From an uncultured Candidatus Saccharibacteria bacterium (GTDB taxonomy: Bacteria > Patescibacteriota > Minisyncoccia > Phycocordibacterales > PALSA-1337), in contig CAYWKB010000001.1 of the NCBI GenBank assembly GCA_964459225.1, positions 426,163 through 490,162 on the forward strand: a stretch of DNA of 64,000 nucleotides. Reading direction: 5' to 3'. This document shows, piece after piece, positions 38,817-49,323 of this stretch. How positions within the stretch are numbered: the first letter of the stretch is position 1; the number at the start of each line of letters is the position of its first letter. The notes below the pieces were generated by a model. It had not been told where the DNA came from, did no database searches, and was given only the letters and a program-made list of their open reading frames with translations. The position numbers were made by a program, and so were the translations under genes.

Positions 38817-39758
38817 ATGAATAATATCGAAGAATATAAAAGAAATCATAAAACTGCTTATTTAGCAGAAATATACGAAAAGCTTCAAAAGGAGGAGGCA
38901 GATATTATCGAAATGGTCAAAAATGATTCAAGTATAAAGGAGATGGCAGATATTGATTTACAAAATATTCAATTACAAAAAAAGAATACAGAGGATCAAA
39001 TAAAGGCAATAATTGAATCAGAAAAAGAGGAAATAGAATATCCAACCGAATTAATCCTTGAAGTCAGAGCAGGGGCGGGGGGCGATGAGGCAAATATTTT
39101 TGCTCGTGAATTACTCGAAATGTATGCAAAGTATTCTGAATCACGCGGATGGAATATTAGACAATTAGATGATTTAACTCTTGAAATTAAAGGCAAAAAT
39201 GTTTATGAATTATTGAGATACGAAACGGGAGTACACAGAGTACAGAGAATTCCCGCAACCGAAAAGATGGGTAGAGTTCATACATCAACTGCATCAGTTG
39301 CAATATTACCTATAAGGAAAAAAGTAAAGTTTGAGGTCAATCCAGCAGATTTACATATGGAATTTTCACGTGCAGGAGGTAAGGGGGGTCAAAATGTTAA
39401 TAAAGTTGAAACAGCGGTAAGAATACTTCATATACCGACAGGTATTGATGTTAGAGCTACAGCCGAACGTAGTCAGGCAGCAAATCGTGAAATGGCAATG
39501 TCTATACTTATGGCCAAATTAGAGGCATTAAAGGAGGAGGAAGAGGCAAAAAAGTTTAGTGCAGATAGAAAGGGTCAAATAGGTACAGGAGATAGATCAG
39601 AAAAGATCAGAACATACAATTTCCCACAAGACAGAATAACCGATCATAGAATTAAAGAGTCATGGAGTAATATATCCAAGATTTTGTCTGGAGATATTGA
39701 ACCCATTATCGAAAAGCTACAAGAATACAAAAAAGCAGGAGAACAGTTGCAAAACTAA
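38817..39758 (+). CDS. prfA: Peptide chain release factor 1
   Basis: PAT tripeptide (RIPATE), GGQ, RSEKIRTYNFPQ. Confidence 0.93.
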   Translation: MNNIEEYKRNHKTAYLAEIYEKLQKEEADIIEMVKNDSSIKEMADIDLQNIQLQKKNTEDQIKAIIESEKEEIEYPTELILEVRAGAGGDEANIFARELLEMYAKYSESRGWNIRQLDDLTLEIKGKNVYELLRYETGVHRVQRIPATEKMGRVHTSTASVAILPIRKKVKFEVNPADLHMEFSRAGGKGGQNVNKVETAVRILHIPTGIDVRATAERSQAANREMAMSILMAKLEALKEEEEAKKFSADRKGQIGTGDRSEKIRTYNFPQDRITDHRIKESWSNISKILSGDIEPIIEKLQEYKKAGEQLQN

Positions 39759-39791
39759 GCTCTATTTGCTAAACTGAGCCTTACATTAATT

Positions 39792-40481
39792 ATGACATCA
39801 AATAACACAATGATACAAGAAATGTTCAAGGCGGGTGCACATTTTGCATTCTCTAAGACCCGTAGACATCCATCAGTTTCCCCATTTATTTTCGGAGTTA
39901 AAAATAAAGTCGAAATATTCGATTTAGAAAAAACAAGTCAGATATTGGCAGATGCAATATCATATGTACAATCACTTGCAAAGGAAGGTAAATCAATACT
40001 TTTTGTTGGAGGAAAGAGTGAAGCAAGAAATTCAATCAAAATAGGCGCAATGTCACTAAATATGCCTTATGTTGATGGTAGATGGATTGGTGGAACACTT
40101 ACAAACTTTGTTCAAATAAGAAAGAGAGTTGAAAAGATGGAAAGACTAGTTTCTGAAAAGGAAAAAGGCGAATTAGCAAAGTATACAAAAAAGGAAAGAC
40201 TATTGATTGATAAGGAAATTGCAAATCTAGAAAGATTTTTCTCTGGTATTGTTTCAATGAAGGATTTACCAAAGGCATTATTTGTAATAGATCCTAAAAA
40301 AGAAAAGAATGCAGTTAAGGAAGCAAGAGATATGGGAATACCAGTTATTGCTTTATTAGGTTCAGATTGCAATCTAAAAGATGTTGATTTCCCAATAATA
40401 GGAAATGATGCCTCACAAGCAAGTATTTCATATTTCGTTCAAGAAATAACTAAGGCATATTCAAACGCTAAAAAGGCTTAA
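39792..40481 (+). CDS. rpsB: 30S ribosomal protein S2
   Basis: AGAHF, RWIGGTLTN, GND. Confidence 0.96.
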   Translation: MTSNNTMIQEMFKAGAHFAFSKTRRHPSVSPFIFGVKNKVEIFDLEKTSQILADAISYVQSLAKEGKSILFVGGKSEARNSIKIGAMSLNMPYVDGRWIGGTLTNFVQIRKRVEKMERLVSEKEKGELAKYTKKERLLIDKEIANLERFFSGIVSMKDLPKALFVIDPKKEKNAVKEARDMGIPVIALLGSDCNLKDVDFPIIGNDASQASISYFVQEITKAYSNAKKA

Positions 40482-40563
40482 GGTTTTTGTATTATTCTGA
40501 TATAATAATATGAATTCAGATGGGGATTGTTTAATAATTATTATTTAACTAACAATTACTAAT

Positions 40564-41151
40564 ATGATAACTACAGAACAAGTAAAAGAATTAAGAGATC
40601 AAACAGGCATTTCAGTTATGCAATGCAAAAAGGCCCTTGAGGAAGCAGGTGGTGATACTGCAAAGGCTCTTGTTATACTACGCAAAAAGAGTGGTGAAAT
40701 AGCCGCTAAAAAAAGTGATAGAACATTTGGTGCTGGAATAGTACAAGCGTATGTTCATTCAACTGGTCGAGTTTCTGCTACAGTAGAGTTACTATGCGAA
40801 ACAGATTTCGTATCAGGTAATGAGGAATTTAAAGCATTAGCAAGAGATATAGCTATGCATATTACCGCTACAAATCCAAAATTTTTAAATAAAGATGAAA
40901 TAACAGAGGAAGCAAAAAACACAGCAAAAGAAGTATTTATGAAAGAAGTTGAGGGTAAGCCAAAGGAAATGCAAGATAAGATCCTTGAAGGTAAACTATC
41001 AACATATTTTGGTGAAATGGTACTTATGAATCAATCATTTATCAAAAATCCTGATTTAACTATAGAGGCACTCATACTTGCTGCAGGACAAAAATTTGGT
41101 GAAAAAATCGCTATCGGTAGATTTTCTCGTATTGCAGTGCTTGAAAAATAA
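40564..41151 (+). CDS. tsf: Elongation factor Ts (short form)
   Basis: VKELR..TG...M.CKKAL, CETDFV; follows rpsB. Confidence 0.96.
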   Translation: MITTEQVKELRDQTGISVMQCKKALEEAGGDTAKALVILRKKSGEIAAKKSDRTFGAGIVQAYVHSTGRVSATVELLCETDFVSGNEEFKALARDIAMHITATNPKFLNKDEITEEAKNTAKEVFMKEVEGKPKEMQDKILEGKLSTYFGEMVLMNQSFIKNPDLTIEALILAAGQKFGEKIAIGRFSRIAVLEK

Positions 41152-41153
41152 AT

Positions 41154-41576
41154 ATGAGTCAATTATTTGATATCTCCTTCATATTGTTTTATTTGTCATT
41201 TTTGGCTATTATAGCTATGTTTGTATTTAAGTATTATGAATTAAAGTCAGGTAAGCAGTCATTTATAACAAAGATATCGAGTAAAACAAATCATATTTCT
41301 CATAATATATTTGTAAATACAAAAAAGTTTATATCATATTTCAACAGAAAGACAGCACTTGCACTTATTCAATGGATTGCGTATCATATATTGTCATGGG
41401 TGAGGGAAATGTACATTAAATTAAGAAGATTGGCCCATATGCATCCTCCATCAAAAAAGGTATTAGACATGGTGAGAGGTAAGGGTGAAATAGATAAAAA
41501 TAAAGGCTCATCAATATACCTAAAGATGATATCAAGCGATGAGAGTAAGATAAAGGATCAAGAAGAGGTAAAATAA
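41154..41576 (+). CDS. Hypothetical membrane protein
   Basis: N-terminal TM; 2-nt gap after tsf. Confidence 0.6.
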   Translation: MSQLFDISFILFYLSFLAIIAMFVFKYYELKSGKQSFITKISSKTNHISHNIFVNTKKFISYFNRKTALALIQWIAYHILSWVREMYIKLRRLAHMHPPSKKVLDMVRGKGEIDKNKGSSIYLKMISSDESKIKDQEEVK

Positions 41577-41583
41577 AATACAT

Positions 41584-41659
41584 GCCACCTTAGCTCAGTT
41601 GGTAGAGCAACGCTTTTGTAAAGCGAAGGTCCCCAGTTCAAGTCTGGGAGGTGGCTCCA
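41584..41659 (+). tRNA. tRNA-Thr(TGT) with encoded CCA
   Basis: GCCACCT...AGGTGGC-T-CCA, anticodon loop TTTGTAA. Confidence 0.95.
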
Positions 41660-41660
41660 A

Positions 41661-42836
41661 TTATCTGATAACTCCTCCAAATTTACTTATTGTTTCTGAT
41701 TCTATTTTTTTGTGTATTGCGTCTACTTCTTCACTAGTTAAAGTTTTGTCGAGTGATCTATATGTAATGCGATATGCATAACTAATCTTATCTGCACCGA
41801 ATTTCTGTTCATTTTCATATTTATCAAGTAATTCAACTTCTTCAACAATATCAGGCGCTGTTTCTCTTACTAAATCAAAATAATCATTTGGCACGAAATC
41901 CTTTTTAACTATAAAAGATATATCACGTACAACAGCAGGGTATTTACTAACCTCAACAAATTTATTCCCAAGTATTAATTGTTTTGTAACTCTCTTATCG
42001 TCTGACCAAAGCAGTCTAATATCAGGTAATTGCATGCTTATTATTGCAAGTCTTTCAAGACCAAAACCAAAGGCCCAACCATTGTATCCTTCAACACCAA
42101 AGTCCTTTAACACAGTCGCTCTAGGCATACCACCGCCAAGTATTTCAATCCATTTACCATTTACCTCAACTTCAACTTCAAGAGATGGATCTGTATAAGG
42201 GAAAGTATCAACATTGAAACGTAGCTTAGTATCTTTTCCGAAGACGCCATAAACAATTTCACTTAATACTGCCTTCAAGTCATCTAGTACAAGAATATTT
42301 TTATCATTTGGAACCAAATAAAAACCTCCCATTTGATGGAAAATGTTCATATGATGTCTGTCTATCTCATCCTTTCTATATACTTTTCCATAACACATTA
42401 CTCCCACTGCCTTTTTTTCTGCAATTTTCTGCTTTATTTCTGGAAGATTTAAATAGTAATACCACATAACAGTGTCATGTGTTCTAAGTACATTTTTATC
42501 ATCAATATAGTATGTGTCAGACTTACTTCTCGCTGGATGATTGTCTGCGAAATTAAAAAGATCAAAAAGAATACTTGTCGGTATTACTTCAGGGATATTT
42601 ATATGATCAAATTCCTTTAATACTGGCAGACTAGTAACTCTAGTCATAATTTCATTTAATGGGCTACCAGGAGTTCTAGAAAGGTCAGGCATAGCTAAAT
42701 ATCTTTTAATTCTTTTGGCTTCGATATCAGTTCTTTTTTCAAACTCAGCTAATAGGCGCTTTTCATCATCTCTTGCGATATTGTAGTCGACTCTCTTAAG
42801 GTCATTTAGGTTAATTTTATTATTTGATTCATTCAT
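41661..42836 (-). CDS. pheS: Monomeric (organelle-type) phenylalanine-tRNA ligase: alpha catalytic core plus FDX anticodon-binding domain
   Basis: HPAR...DTYY, LRTH, VYRKDEID..H...FHQ, FPYTDPS, AFGFGLERL; C-terminal YPAVVRDISF...YRS.DKTLT.EEV. Confidence 0.9.
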   Translation of the reverse strand: MNESNNKINLNDLKRVDYNIARDDEKRLLAEFEKRTDIEAKRIKRYLAMPDLSRTPGSPLNEIMTRVTSLPVLKEFDHINIPEVIPTSILFDLFNFADNHPARSKSDTYYIDDKNVLRTHDTVMWYYYLNLPEIKQKIAEKKAVGVMCYGKVYRKDEIDRHHMNIFHQMGGFYLVPNDKNILVLDDLKAVLSEIVYGVFGKDTKLRFNVDTFPYTDPSLEVEVEVNGKWIEILGGGMPRATVLKDFGVEGYNGWAFGFGLERLAIISMQLPDIRLLWSDDKRVTKQLILGNKFVEVSKYPAVVRDISFIVKKDFVPNDYFDLVRETAPDIVEEVELLDKYENEQKFGADKISYAYRITYRSLDKTLTSEEVDAIHKKIESETISKFGGVIR

Positions 42837-42980
42837 AATATTAGTTTAGTTAAAAAGATAATAAATGTAAAGTATTATGATAATGCAATTAAATATTTAA
42901 CAAGTCAATAGGGTATAATTGTGCAAAATTTGATATAATTATTGTGCAAAATATTCAAATAAATCTTATTTAATAATCCA

Positions 42981-45101
42981 ATGTCAAAAGAAAAGAAAGA
43001 GTCATACGGTGCCGATTCCATACAAGTTCTCGAAGGACTTGAGCCTGTACGTAAGCGTCCCGGAATGTATATCGGTACTACTGGTCCTGATGGTTTGCAT
43101 CATCTTATAACTGAAATTTTTGATAACTCAAGAGATGAGGCTATGGGTGGACATGCAAACCATATTGAGGTTGCATTATTGCCACATAATCGTATTAGAG
43201 TAGTAGATAACGGTCGCGGTATACCAGTTGATGTACATAAGACTACAAAAGTTTCAGCTCTTGAAACAATCATGACAGTACTACATGCTGGAGGTAAATT
43301 CGGCGGTGATGAAAGTGGATACAAAGTTTCTGGAGGTCTACACGGTGTGGGAGCATCTGTTGTTAATGCGCTTTCAGTTTATACTCAAGTCTGGGTACAT
43401 AAAGATGGTGGAGTTTATTCACAAGAGTATTCACAAGGTAAGAAAAAGGCAGCAGTCAAAAAGATAGCAAGCACAAAGGAGCATGGAACTATCGTATCAT
43501 TTGAGCCTGATGTAATTATCTTTAAAGAAGTTAAATTTGATTACAATAGAGTAGTTAATTCACTAAGACAGCAAGCCTATCTTGTTAAAGCACTTAGAAT
43601 AACTGTTATAGACGCAAGAGATTATAAAGGTGATGATACGTTAAAGCTAAATAAAGATGGAATTCTAGAAATTCCTGATGAAATAACTTATTTAAGTAAT
43701 TTAAATATCGAATCACCTTCACAAACATTTTTCTTTGAAAATGGACTTACTTCACTTGTTAAATTTAACAATCAAATATTAAAACCAATACATAAAAACA
43801 TTTTTTATGTTGAAAAAAAGGTAGAAGGAGTAGAGTCAGTCGAAATAGCACTTCAATATGCAGACGATATTTCAGCTAGAATATTACCTTTTGCAAACAA
43901 TATTTATAACCCAGAAGGTGGAACACATGTCACTGGTTTTAAAACTGCACTTACAAGAAGCTTAAATACATATGCAAAGAAAAATAATTTAATTAAAGAT
44001 GGCGAAGATAGCTTCACTGGTGACGATGTTCTTGAAGGATTGACTGCAGTTATTTCTGTAAAGCTTCGTGAAATACAATTTGAAGGACAAACAAAGGCAA
44101 AGCTTGGATCAGTTGAAGCACAAGGAGCTGTGGCAACTGTATTTGGTGAATCATTTTCAGCATTTCTAGAGGAAAATCCAGATGATGCAAGAGCAATGAT
44201 TACAAAGGTTGTGCTTGCTATGAAAGCTCGTAAGGCAGCAAAAGCTGCAAAGGACAGTGTGCTTCGAAAGGGTGCATTAGAAGGCATGACATTGCCTGGA
44301 AAACTTGCTGATTGTCAATCAAATGATGCATCAGAATCAGAACTATTTATCGTAGAGGGAGATTCAGCGGGTGGTACAGCAAAAACAGGAAGAGACAGAA
44401 GGACTCAAGCCATACTTCCGCTAAGAGGAAAGATTTTAAATATCGAAAGAGCAAGACTTGATAGAATGCTAGGATCAGAGCAGATTAAAAACCTAGTTTT
44501 GGCTTTTGGAACTGCAATTGGTGATACATTTGATATTTCTAAATTAAGATATCATAAAATCATTTTGGCTACAGATGCCGATGTTGACGGTGCACATATT
44601 AGAACTCTTATTTTGACTTTGCTATATAGATATTTTAAACCATTAGTTGAGGGAGGATATGTATACATTGCTCAACCACCACTTTATAAAGTTAAGAGGG
44701 GAAAAGAGATTCTTTATTTCTATTCTGAAGAGGAAAAAAATAAAGTATTAGGAAAGGAAATAGATGAGATGAATAATCTTATTGAAAATAATAATGCAGA
44801 ATCACGAGCAGAGCTACTTGAAAGAGCAGAAGCAGAACCTGATGCAGAAGAAGTCGAAATAGATGATGGAAAGGGAAGAAAGACAAAGATTTCAATACAA
44901 AGATATAAGGGTCTCGGTGAAATGAATGCTGATGAACTATGGGAAACAACCATGGATCCTGAACGCCGTATATTGAAGCAGGTAAATATAGGTGATGTGC
45001 AAGAGGCAGATAAGGTATTTGATATGCTTATGGGTACAGATGTTCCAAGTAGGAAGATGTTCATTCAATCAAATGCAAAGAAGGCAACTATTGACATATA
45101 G
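42981..45101 (+). CDS. gyrB: DNA gyrase/type IIA topoisomerase subunit B
   Basis: LEPVRKRPGMYIG, LHAGGKF, EGDSAGG, PLRGK, DADVDG, YKGLGEM. Confidence 0.93.
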   Translation: MSKEKKESYGADSIQVLEGLEPVRKRPGMYIGTTGPDGLHHLITEIFDNSRDEAMGGHANHIEVALLPHNRIRVVDNGRGIPVDVHKTTKVSALETIMTVLHAGGKFGGDESGYKVSGGLHGVGASVVNALSVYTQVWVHKDGGVYSQEYSQGKKKAAVKKIASTKEHGTIVSFEPDVIIFKEVKFDYNRVVNSLRQQAYLVKALRITVIDARDYKGDDTLKLNKDGILEIPDEITYLSNLNIESPSQTFFFENGLTSLVKFNNQILKPIHKNIFYVEKKVEGVESVEIALQYADDISARILPFANNIYNPEGGTHVTGFKTALTRSLNTYAKKNNLIKDGEDSFTGDDVLEGLTAVISVKLREIQFEGQTKAKLGSVEAQGAVATVFGESFSAFLEENPDDARAMITKVVLAMKARKAAKAAKDSVLRKGALEGMTLPGKLADCQSNDASESELFIVEGDSAGGTAKTGRDRRTQAILPLRGKILNIERARLDRMLGSEQIKNLVLAFGTAIGDTFDISKLRYHKIILATDADVDGAHIRTLILTLLYRYFKPLVEGGYVYIAQPPLYKVKRGKEILYFYSEEEKNKVLGKEIDEMNNLIENNNAESRAELLERAEAEPDAEEVEIDDGKGRKTKISIQRYKGLGEMNADELWETTMDPERRILKQVNIGDVQEADKVFDMLMGTDVPSRKMFIQSNAKKATIDI

Positions 45102-45142
45102 TCAAATATGCTATATATTAACATTATAATATAATAAATAAA

Positions 45143-46585
45143 ATGAAAAGAATATTTATACTTTTAATAGCATTAGTTACATATATTTCAGTACCAAATA
45201 CTACTTATGCATTTCAATTGGAAAGACTTATAGATCCACTATGTCTTTTTGCTTGTGATAATGAACCACAAAATGTAACAAATAACTCAACTACAAATGT
45301 TAATAGCAATGTTAATTCTCCTGGTGCAAGTATTACAAATGTAAATAGTAATAATAATCCCGGTACGACTGCAGGAACAGTATTTGTACCTATAAACAAT
45401 ACTCCTACATATAACTATAACGACAGTTCATACAATACTCCATTATCAGTATCATGTTCATCAAATCCAACATCAGGAATGATTGGTGATTCAATATACT
45501 GGAAAGCCTATGTGTCTGGTGGAAACAGCTCATATTATATGACATGGTCAGGTAGTGAAGGACTATATGGAAATGGTAATTCAATTACAAAGCAATATAA
45601 TTCATATGGTACAAAAAATGCCTCAATAACAGTAACATCAGGATCACAGACAGTTTCAAAAAACTGTAATTCAGTTGAGATTTATGACTATGCTAGAAAT
45701 AATACATATTATCAACCTACATACATTCCTACATATACTAGAGATTATTACTATACAAATGGTTATTATAATTCAAATTATTATAGTAATTCTCCACTAT
45801 ATGTCTCATGTAGTGCTAATGTCACATTTTCACCTATTGGGGCAAATGTAACATGGCAAGCAAGTGCAACTGGTGGTAGTGGACTTTACTCATACAACTG
45901 GACAGGAACAGATAATCTCTATGGTTATAGTCAATATATAAATACAACATACAATAATCTAGGAGTTAAAAATGCTCTTGTAACAGTATCATCAGGAGGT
46001 CAAACAATATCACAAATCTGTTCAAATACAGTCACTGTTGGAACACCTTCATATTACAATGGTTATGCTTATGCAAGTAATAATTATAATGTAAATTATG
46101 TTTTAAATAATGGTTTCCAAATAGCATGTTATCCAGACAAAACAACAGCAAAGGTAGGAACACCAGTTACATGGGGAGTTGAAGCTATAGCACCAAATGG
46201 CGTTGCTAATAATTCATTATCATATCTATGGTATGGAACAGATAATCTAGGTGGAAGTCAGACTAATGCACTTATAGTATATGACAATCCAGGAACAAAG
46301 ACTGCAAATGTTACTGTCATTGCTCCAAATGGTCAAAGAGCTACACAAGTATGCGGTAATGGCGTATATATAACCAAAAACATTGGTACAAAAGCCGCAA
46401 CAAAGGCGGTTATAAAGTCAGTTGAGACAACTAAAGCAAGTACAGATATAACAACTACAAAAACAGATACAAATAATGCAATATTTTCACTAGGAAATAT
46501 TCCTTGGGGCTTTGTAGCAATACTAATAATTATAGTACTTCTATGTATGGTATTTTATCTAATGATAAATAAAAATAAGATATAA
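45143..46585 (+). CDS. Surface protein with three PKD/Ig-like repeats, signal peptide and C-terminal TM
   Basis: Three SC...W.A..SGG...Y.W.G..L...Y...G.K.A.VTV units separated by Tyr/Asn-rich linkers. Confidence 0.75.
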   Translation: MKRIFILLIALVTYISVPNTTYAFQLERLIDPLCLFACDNEPQNVTNNSTTNVNSNVNSPGASITNVNSNNNPGTTAGTVFVPINNTPTYNYNDSSYNTPLSVSCSSNPTSGMIGDSIYWKAYVSGGNSSYYMTWSGSEGLYGNGNSITKQYNSYGTKNASITVTSGSQTVSKNCNSVEIYDYARNNTYYQPTYIPTYTRDYYYTNGYYNSNYYSNSPLYVSCSANVTFSPIGANVTWQASATGGSGLYSYNWTGTDNLYGYSQYINTTYNNLGVKNALVTVSSGGQTISQICSNTVTVGTPSYYNGYAYASNNYNVNYVLNNGFQIACYPDKTTAKVGTPVTWGVEAIAPNGVANNSLSYLWYGTDNLGGSQTNALIVYDNPGTKTANVTVIAPNGQRATQVCGNGVYITKNIGTKAATKAVIKSVETTKASTDITTTKTDTNNAIFSLGNIPWGFVAILIIIVLLCMVFYLMINKNKI

Positions 46586-46592
46586 AATATCT

Positions 46593-47000
46593 TTACCAAT
46601 TAATATAGGTGATAGTAAATTGTAATGTGGTAGCAAATGATACCCAAGCTAAATAAGGAATTTGAATATAAGTAATCCATCTCTCGTATTTATATACTGA
46701 TTTCATCATCCAAATTATAGTAATTAGGACAAGTGAAATATCAATTGCCGCTAATAAGTTGTTTTGTAGTCCAAACTGTATAGGTGAAAAGATTACATTG
46801 AACAATAAATTTAAAGCAAAAGGTAAAGCGACTATTTTTGGTATAGTCTTTGTATATACTCCGTAAAATACCTTAAAAAAAGAAATTGCAATTAATAAAT
46901 ACAAAACACTCCAAACTGGTCCAAAGAGATATGATGGAGGCGCCCAATCAGGCTTTATTAATGTACTATACCATTCATAAGTTATATTTGAATTATTCAT
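46593..47000 (-). CDS. TspO/MBR family protein
   Basis: WY..L.KP.WAPP..LFGPVW..LY, PYLAWVSFA. Confidence 0.92.
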   Translation of the reverse strand: MNNSNITYEWYSTLIKPDWAPPSYLFGPVWSVLYLLIAISFFKVFYGVYTKTIPKIVALPFALNLLFNVIFSPIQFGLQNNLLAAIDISLVLITIIWMMKSVYKYERWITYIQIPYLAWVSFATTLQFTITYINW

Positions 47001-47007
47001 TCAATAA

Positions 47008-48201
47008 TTATACCATGGACTCAATTGGGCTTTTATCATCCAAATCTATTTTATTTAATTCATTTCTTTTTCTATACAAAACAATGTAAGCAATAATCAT
47101 ACATATTATACCCAGGACAAACGGTAATATTTTGCTTACTTCATATAATGATCCGGAGATTAGTGGCCCAACAGTCATTCCTATTGATGTGATTGAAGCA
47201 ATAACTCCCATTACCTCACCTCTCTCTGATTTATCAGATTGACTAACTATTTGGCTATTCATAATCACTCTAAGTACAGATTGCCCAAATGTTGTCAGTA
47301 TAAGTGCTATACAAAATACATAAAATGAATTAAAGCAAAGTAAAATAAATCCAAAAATAAATACAATTATCATATTTAACTCAAGCTTTGGCTCCTTAAA
47401 ATATTTAAGCCAAAAATGCTTCATAGCCAATCCTTGATTAATGGCAATTATTACACCAATTACTCCAAATATTATACCTCCGACAAGTTCATCAAATCCA
47501 AATACATCTCTCAAATAAATAGAAAAAACAGAATGATATGCTGCAACAGCAACGCTAAATAATAACCAGGCAGTATAATTACTTCTCAATTTAACTGTTT
47601 TAATTGCTTTATGTAATGGTTTAAATGGATTAATACTAAAAGCTTTTTGACTAAGATTAGTATGTGTTTCAGGAAGAGTAAAAATAGCCATAATACCGTT
47701 AAATAATGATAAAAAGCCAACAAACCAAAAGGGTACAGTATGTCCAAAATGACCAAGTAATCCTCCAAGGAATGGTCCGAGTATAAAACCAATACCAAAT
47801 ATTGCTCCGATTAAACCTAGATTAGCAGTTCTTTCTTTATCATCTTTTGAAATATCAGATAAATAACTTTGAGCAATAGGGAAATTTCCCGCCATTAAAC
47901 CGTCTATTATTCTTCCAATAAACAAAAATAAAATACTATTTGCGCTTGCAAAAACAAAGTATCCAATCGCAGTACTAAAAATACTCATTATAAGTACTGG
48001 TCTGCGACCTATTTTATCTGATAAAGCACCAACAACTGGCGCACTAAAAAATGCACATAGTGAATAAATTGCAGTCAATGATGTAACAAGTAATGCAGAG
48101 TCACTAAAGCTTTGCACATAAAAAGGTAATACCGGTATGACAATACCTATCCCTATGACATCAATAAATACCGTTAGTAATATAAGCGCTTTTATTTTCA
48201 T
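47008..48201 (-). CDS. MFS efflux transporter (TetA/DHA1-like)
   Basis: G.LSD.IGRRPVL motif A, GFILGP.LGG motif C. Confidence 0.9.
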   Translation of the reverse strand: MKIKALILLTVFIDVIGIGIVIPVLPFYVQSFSDSALLVTSLTAIYSLCAFFSAPVVGALSDKIGRRPVLIMSIFSTAIGYFVFASANSILFLFIGRIIDGLMAGNFPIAQSYLSDISKDDKERTANLGLIGAIFGIGFILGPFLGGLLGHFGHTVPFWFVGFLSLFNGIMAIFTLPETHTNLSQKAFSINPFKPLHKAIKTVKLRSNYTAWLLFSVAVAAYHSVFSIYLRDVFGFDELVGGIIFGVIGVIIAINQGLAMKHFWLKYFKEPKLELNMIIVFIFGFILLCFNSFYVFCIALILTTFGQSVLRVIMNSQIVSQSDKSERGEVMGVIASITSIGMTVGPLISGSLYEVSKILPFVLGIICMIIAYIVLYRKRNELNKIDLDDKSPIESMV

Positions 48202-48204
48202 TTA

Positions 48205-48765
48205 TTAATTTTTCTTAAATTTAATAATTAGAGTCATGAGAGAATTTGTGATAATCATAGCTATTGAGTGTAATGTTGTCGCAATATTATAGGATTGCAA
48301 TGAAAAAAGAGTAAGTATATGTCTTAAAGCATTCATACTAAATAGTACTGGAGTTTCTGTTTGTGGATTTCTCCATGTTTTCCTAAGTGTTGGTATAAAA
48401 GCTATTAAATCAATACATACCGCAATAATCACAGATATTGTTGCGTCTTTTGTAATTATCCACGGTATAAGTCCAAGTAAAGCAATAATAAGTAAATAAG
48501 TATCTGTTTTAACTATATTTTTGAAACCATATTGCAAAGAAAAAAGAAAAATAATTAATGTAAATATCTCAGATGCTCCAGTTGGTAATGCACCAATTCC
48601 TGCACCCTTTGATAATTGCCCGAAAAATGTAATTGCAGATACTATAGTCCAAATAAACCAAGTGTATGGATGTGGTTGTACTCTTTTTTTAATTATATCA
48701 ATCAAATAAGGAATATTACCGACAATAGCTAATATTGCCGCTATTATTGCTATGGTTTCTTTCAT
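48205..48765 (-). CDS. Hypothetical multi-TM protein (PQ-loop-like)
   Basis: IPY..DI....QPH..TW.IW, PT.RK.W..P..E. Confidence 0.65.
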   Translation of the reverse strand: MKETIAIIAAILAIVGNIPYLIDIIKKRVQPHPYTWFIWTIVSAITFFGQLSKGAGIGALPTGASEIFTLIIFLFSLQYGFKNIVKTDTYLLIIALLGLIPWIITKDATISVIIAVCIDLIAFIPTLRKTWRNPQTETPVLFSMNALRHILTLFSLQSYNIATTLHSIAMIITNSLMTLIIKFKKN

Positions 48766-48805
48766 ATTACTATTATATTAACATATTTTGAGGTACAATA
48801 AATAC

Positions 48806-49321
48806 ATGATATATAATATTCATCCAATTTTTGTGCATTTCCCGATTGCATTATTAATAATTTACTCAATTATTAAAATTTTGCCTTTTAATTCATGGCT
48901 TCCAAATATTTCATGGAGACAAATACAAAATTTACTGCTTTCACTAGGTGTGCTTGGTGCAATCGCAGCAGATCAAACAGGGGAAATTGCTGAGCATCTT
49001 GTAAGGCCAACTAGAGCATTAGTTGAATCTCATTCTACTTTTGCATCTATTTCAATTTTTATTTATGCATTATTATTACTCGGTGAATTTTTATATATTG
49101 TTAATCCAATAATAAATAAAAAGTTCCATATAGTTCCAGTCAAAAGACTACTTAGTATAATTGAAGTGACATTGACCAATAAATATCTATCAAAATTATT
49201 AGCATTTGTGGGTATTATCGCAATATCAGTTACTGGACTTCTGGGTGGCGTAATTGTTTATGGCGTTACAGCAGATCCTATTGCGCCTTTTATACTTAAT
49301 ATATTAGGTATAACAATTTAA
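48806..49321 (+). CDS. DUF2231-like membrane protein
   Basis: HP.FVHFPIAL, G..GG..VYG. Confidence 0.7.
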   Translation: MIYNIHPIFVHFPIALLIIYSIIKILPFNSWLPNISWRQIQNLLLSLGVLGAIAADQTGEIAEHLVRPTRALVESHSTFASISIFIYALLLLGEFLYIVNPIINKKFHIVPVKRLLSIIEVTLTNKYLSKLLAFVGIIAISVTGLLGGVIVYGVTADPIAPFILNILGITI

Positions 49322-49323
49322 TA

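Noticed and set aside
41599-41781. 60-aa plus ORF
   Set aside because: Overlaps tRNA-Thr and is antisense to pheS
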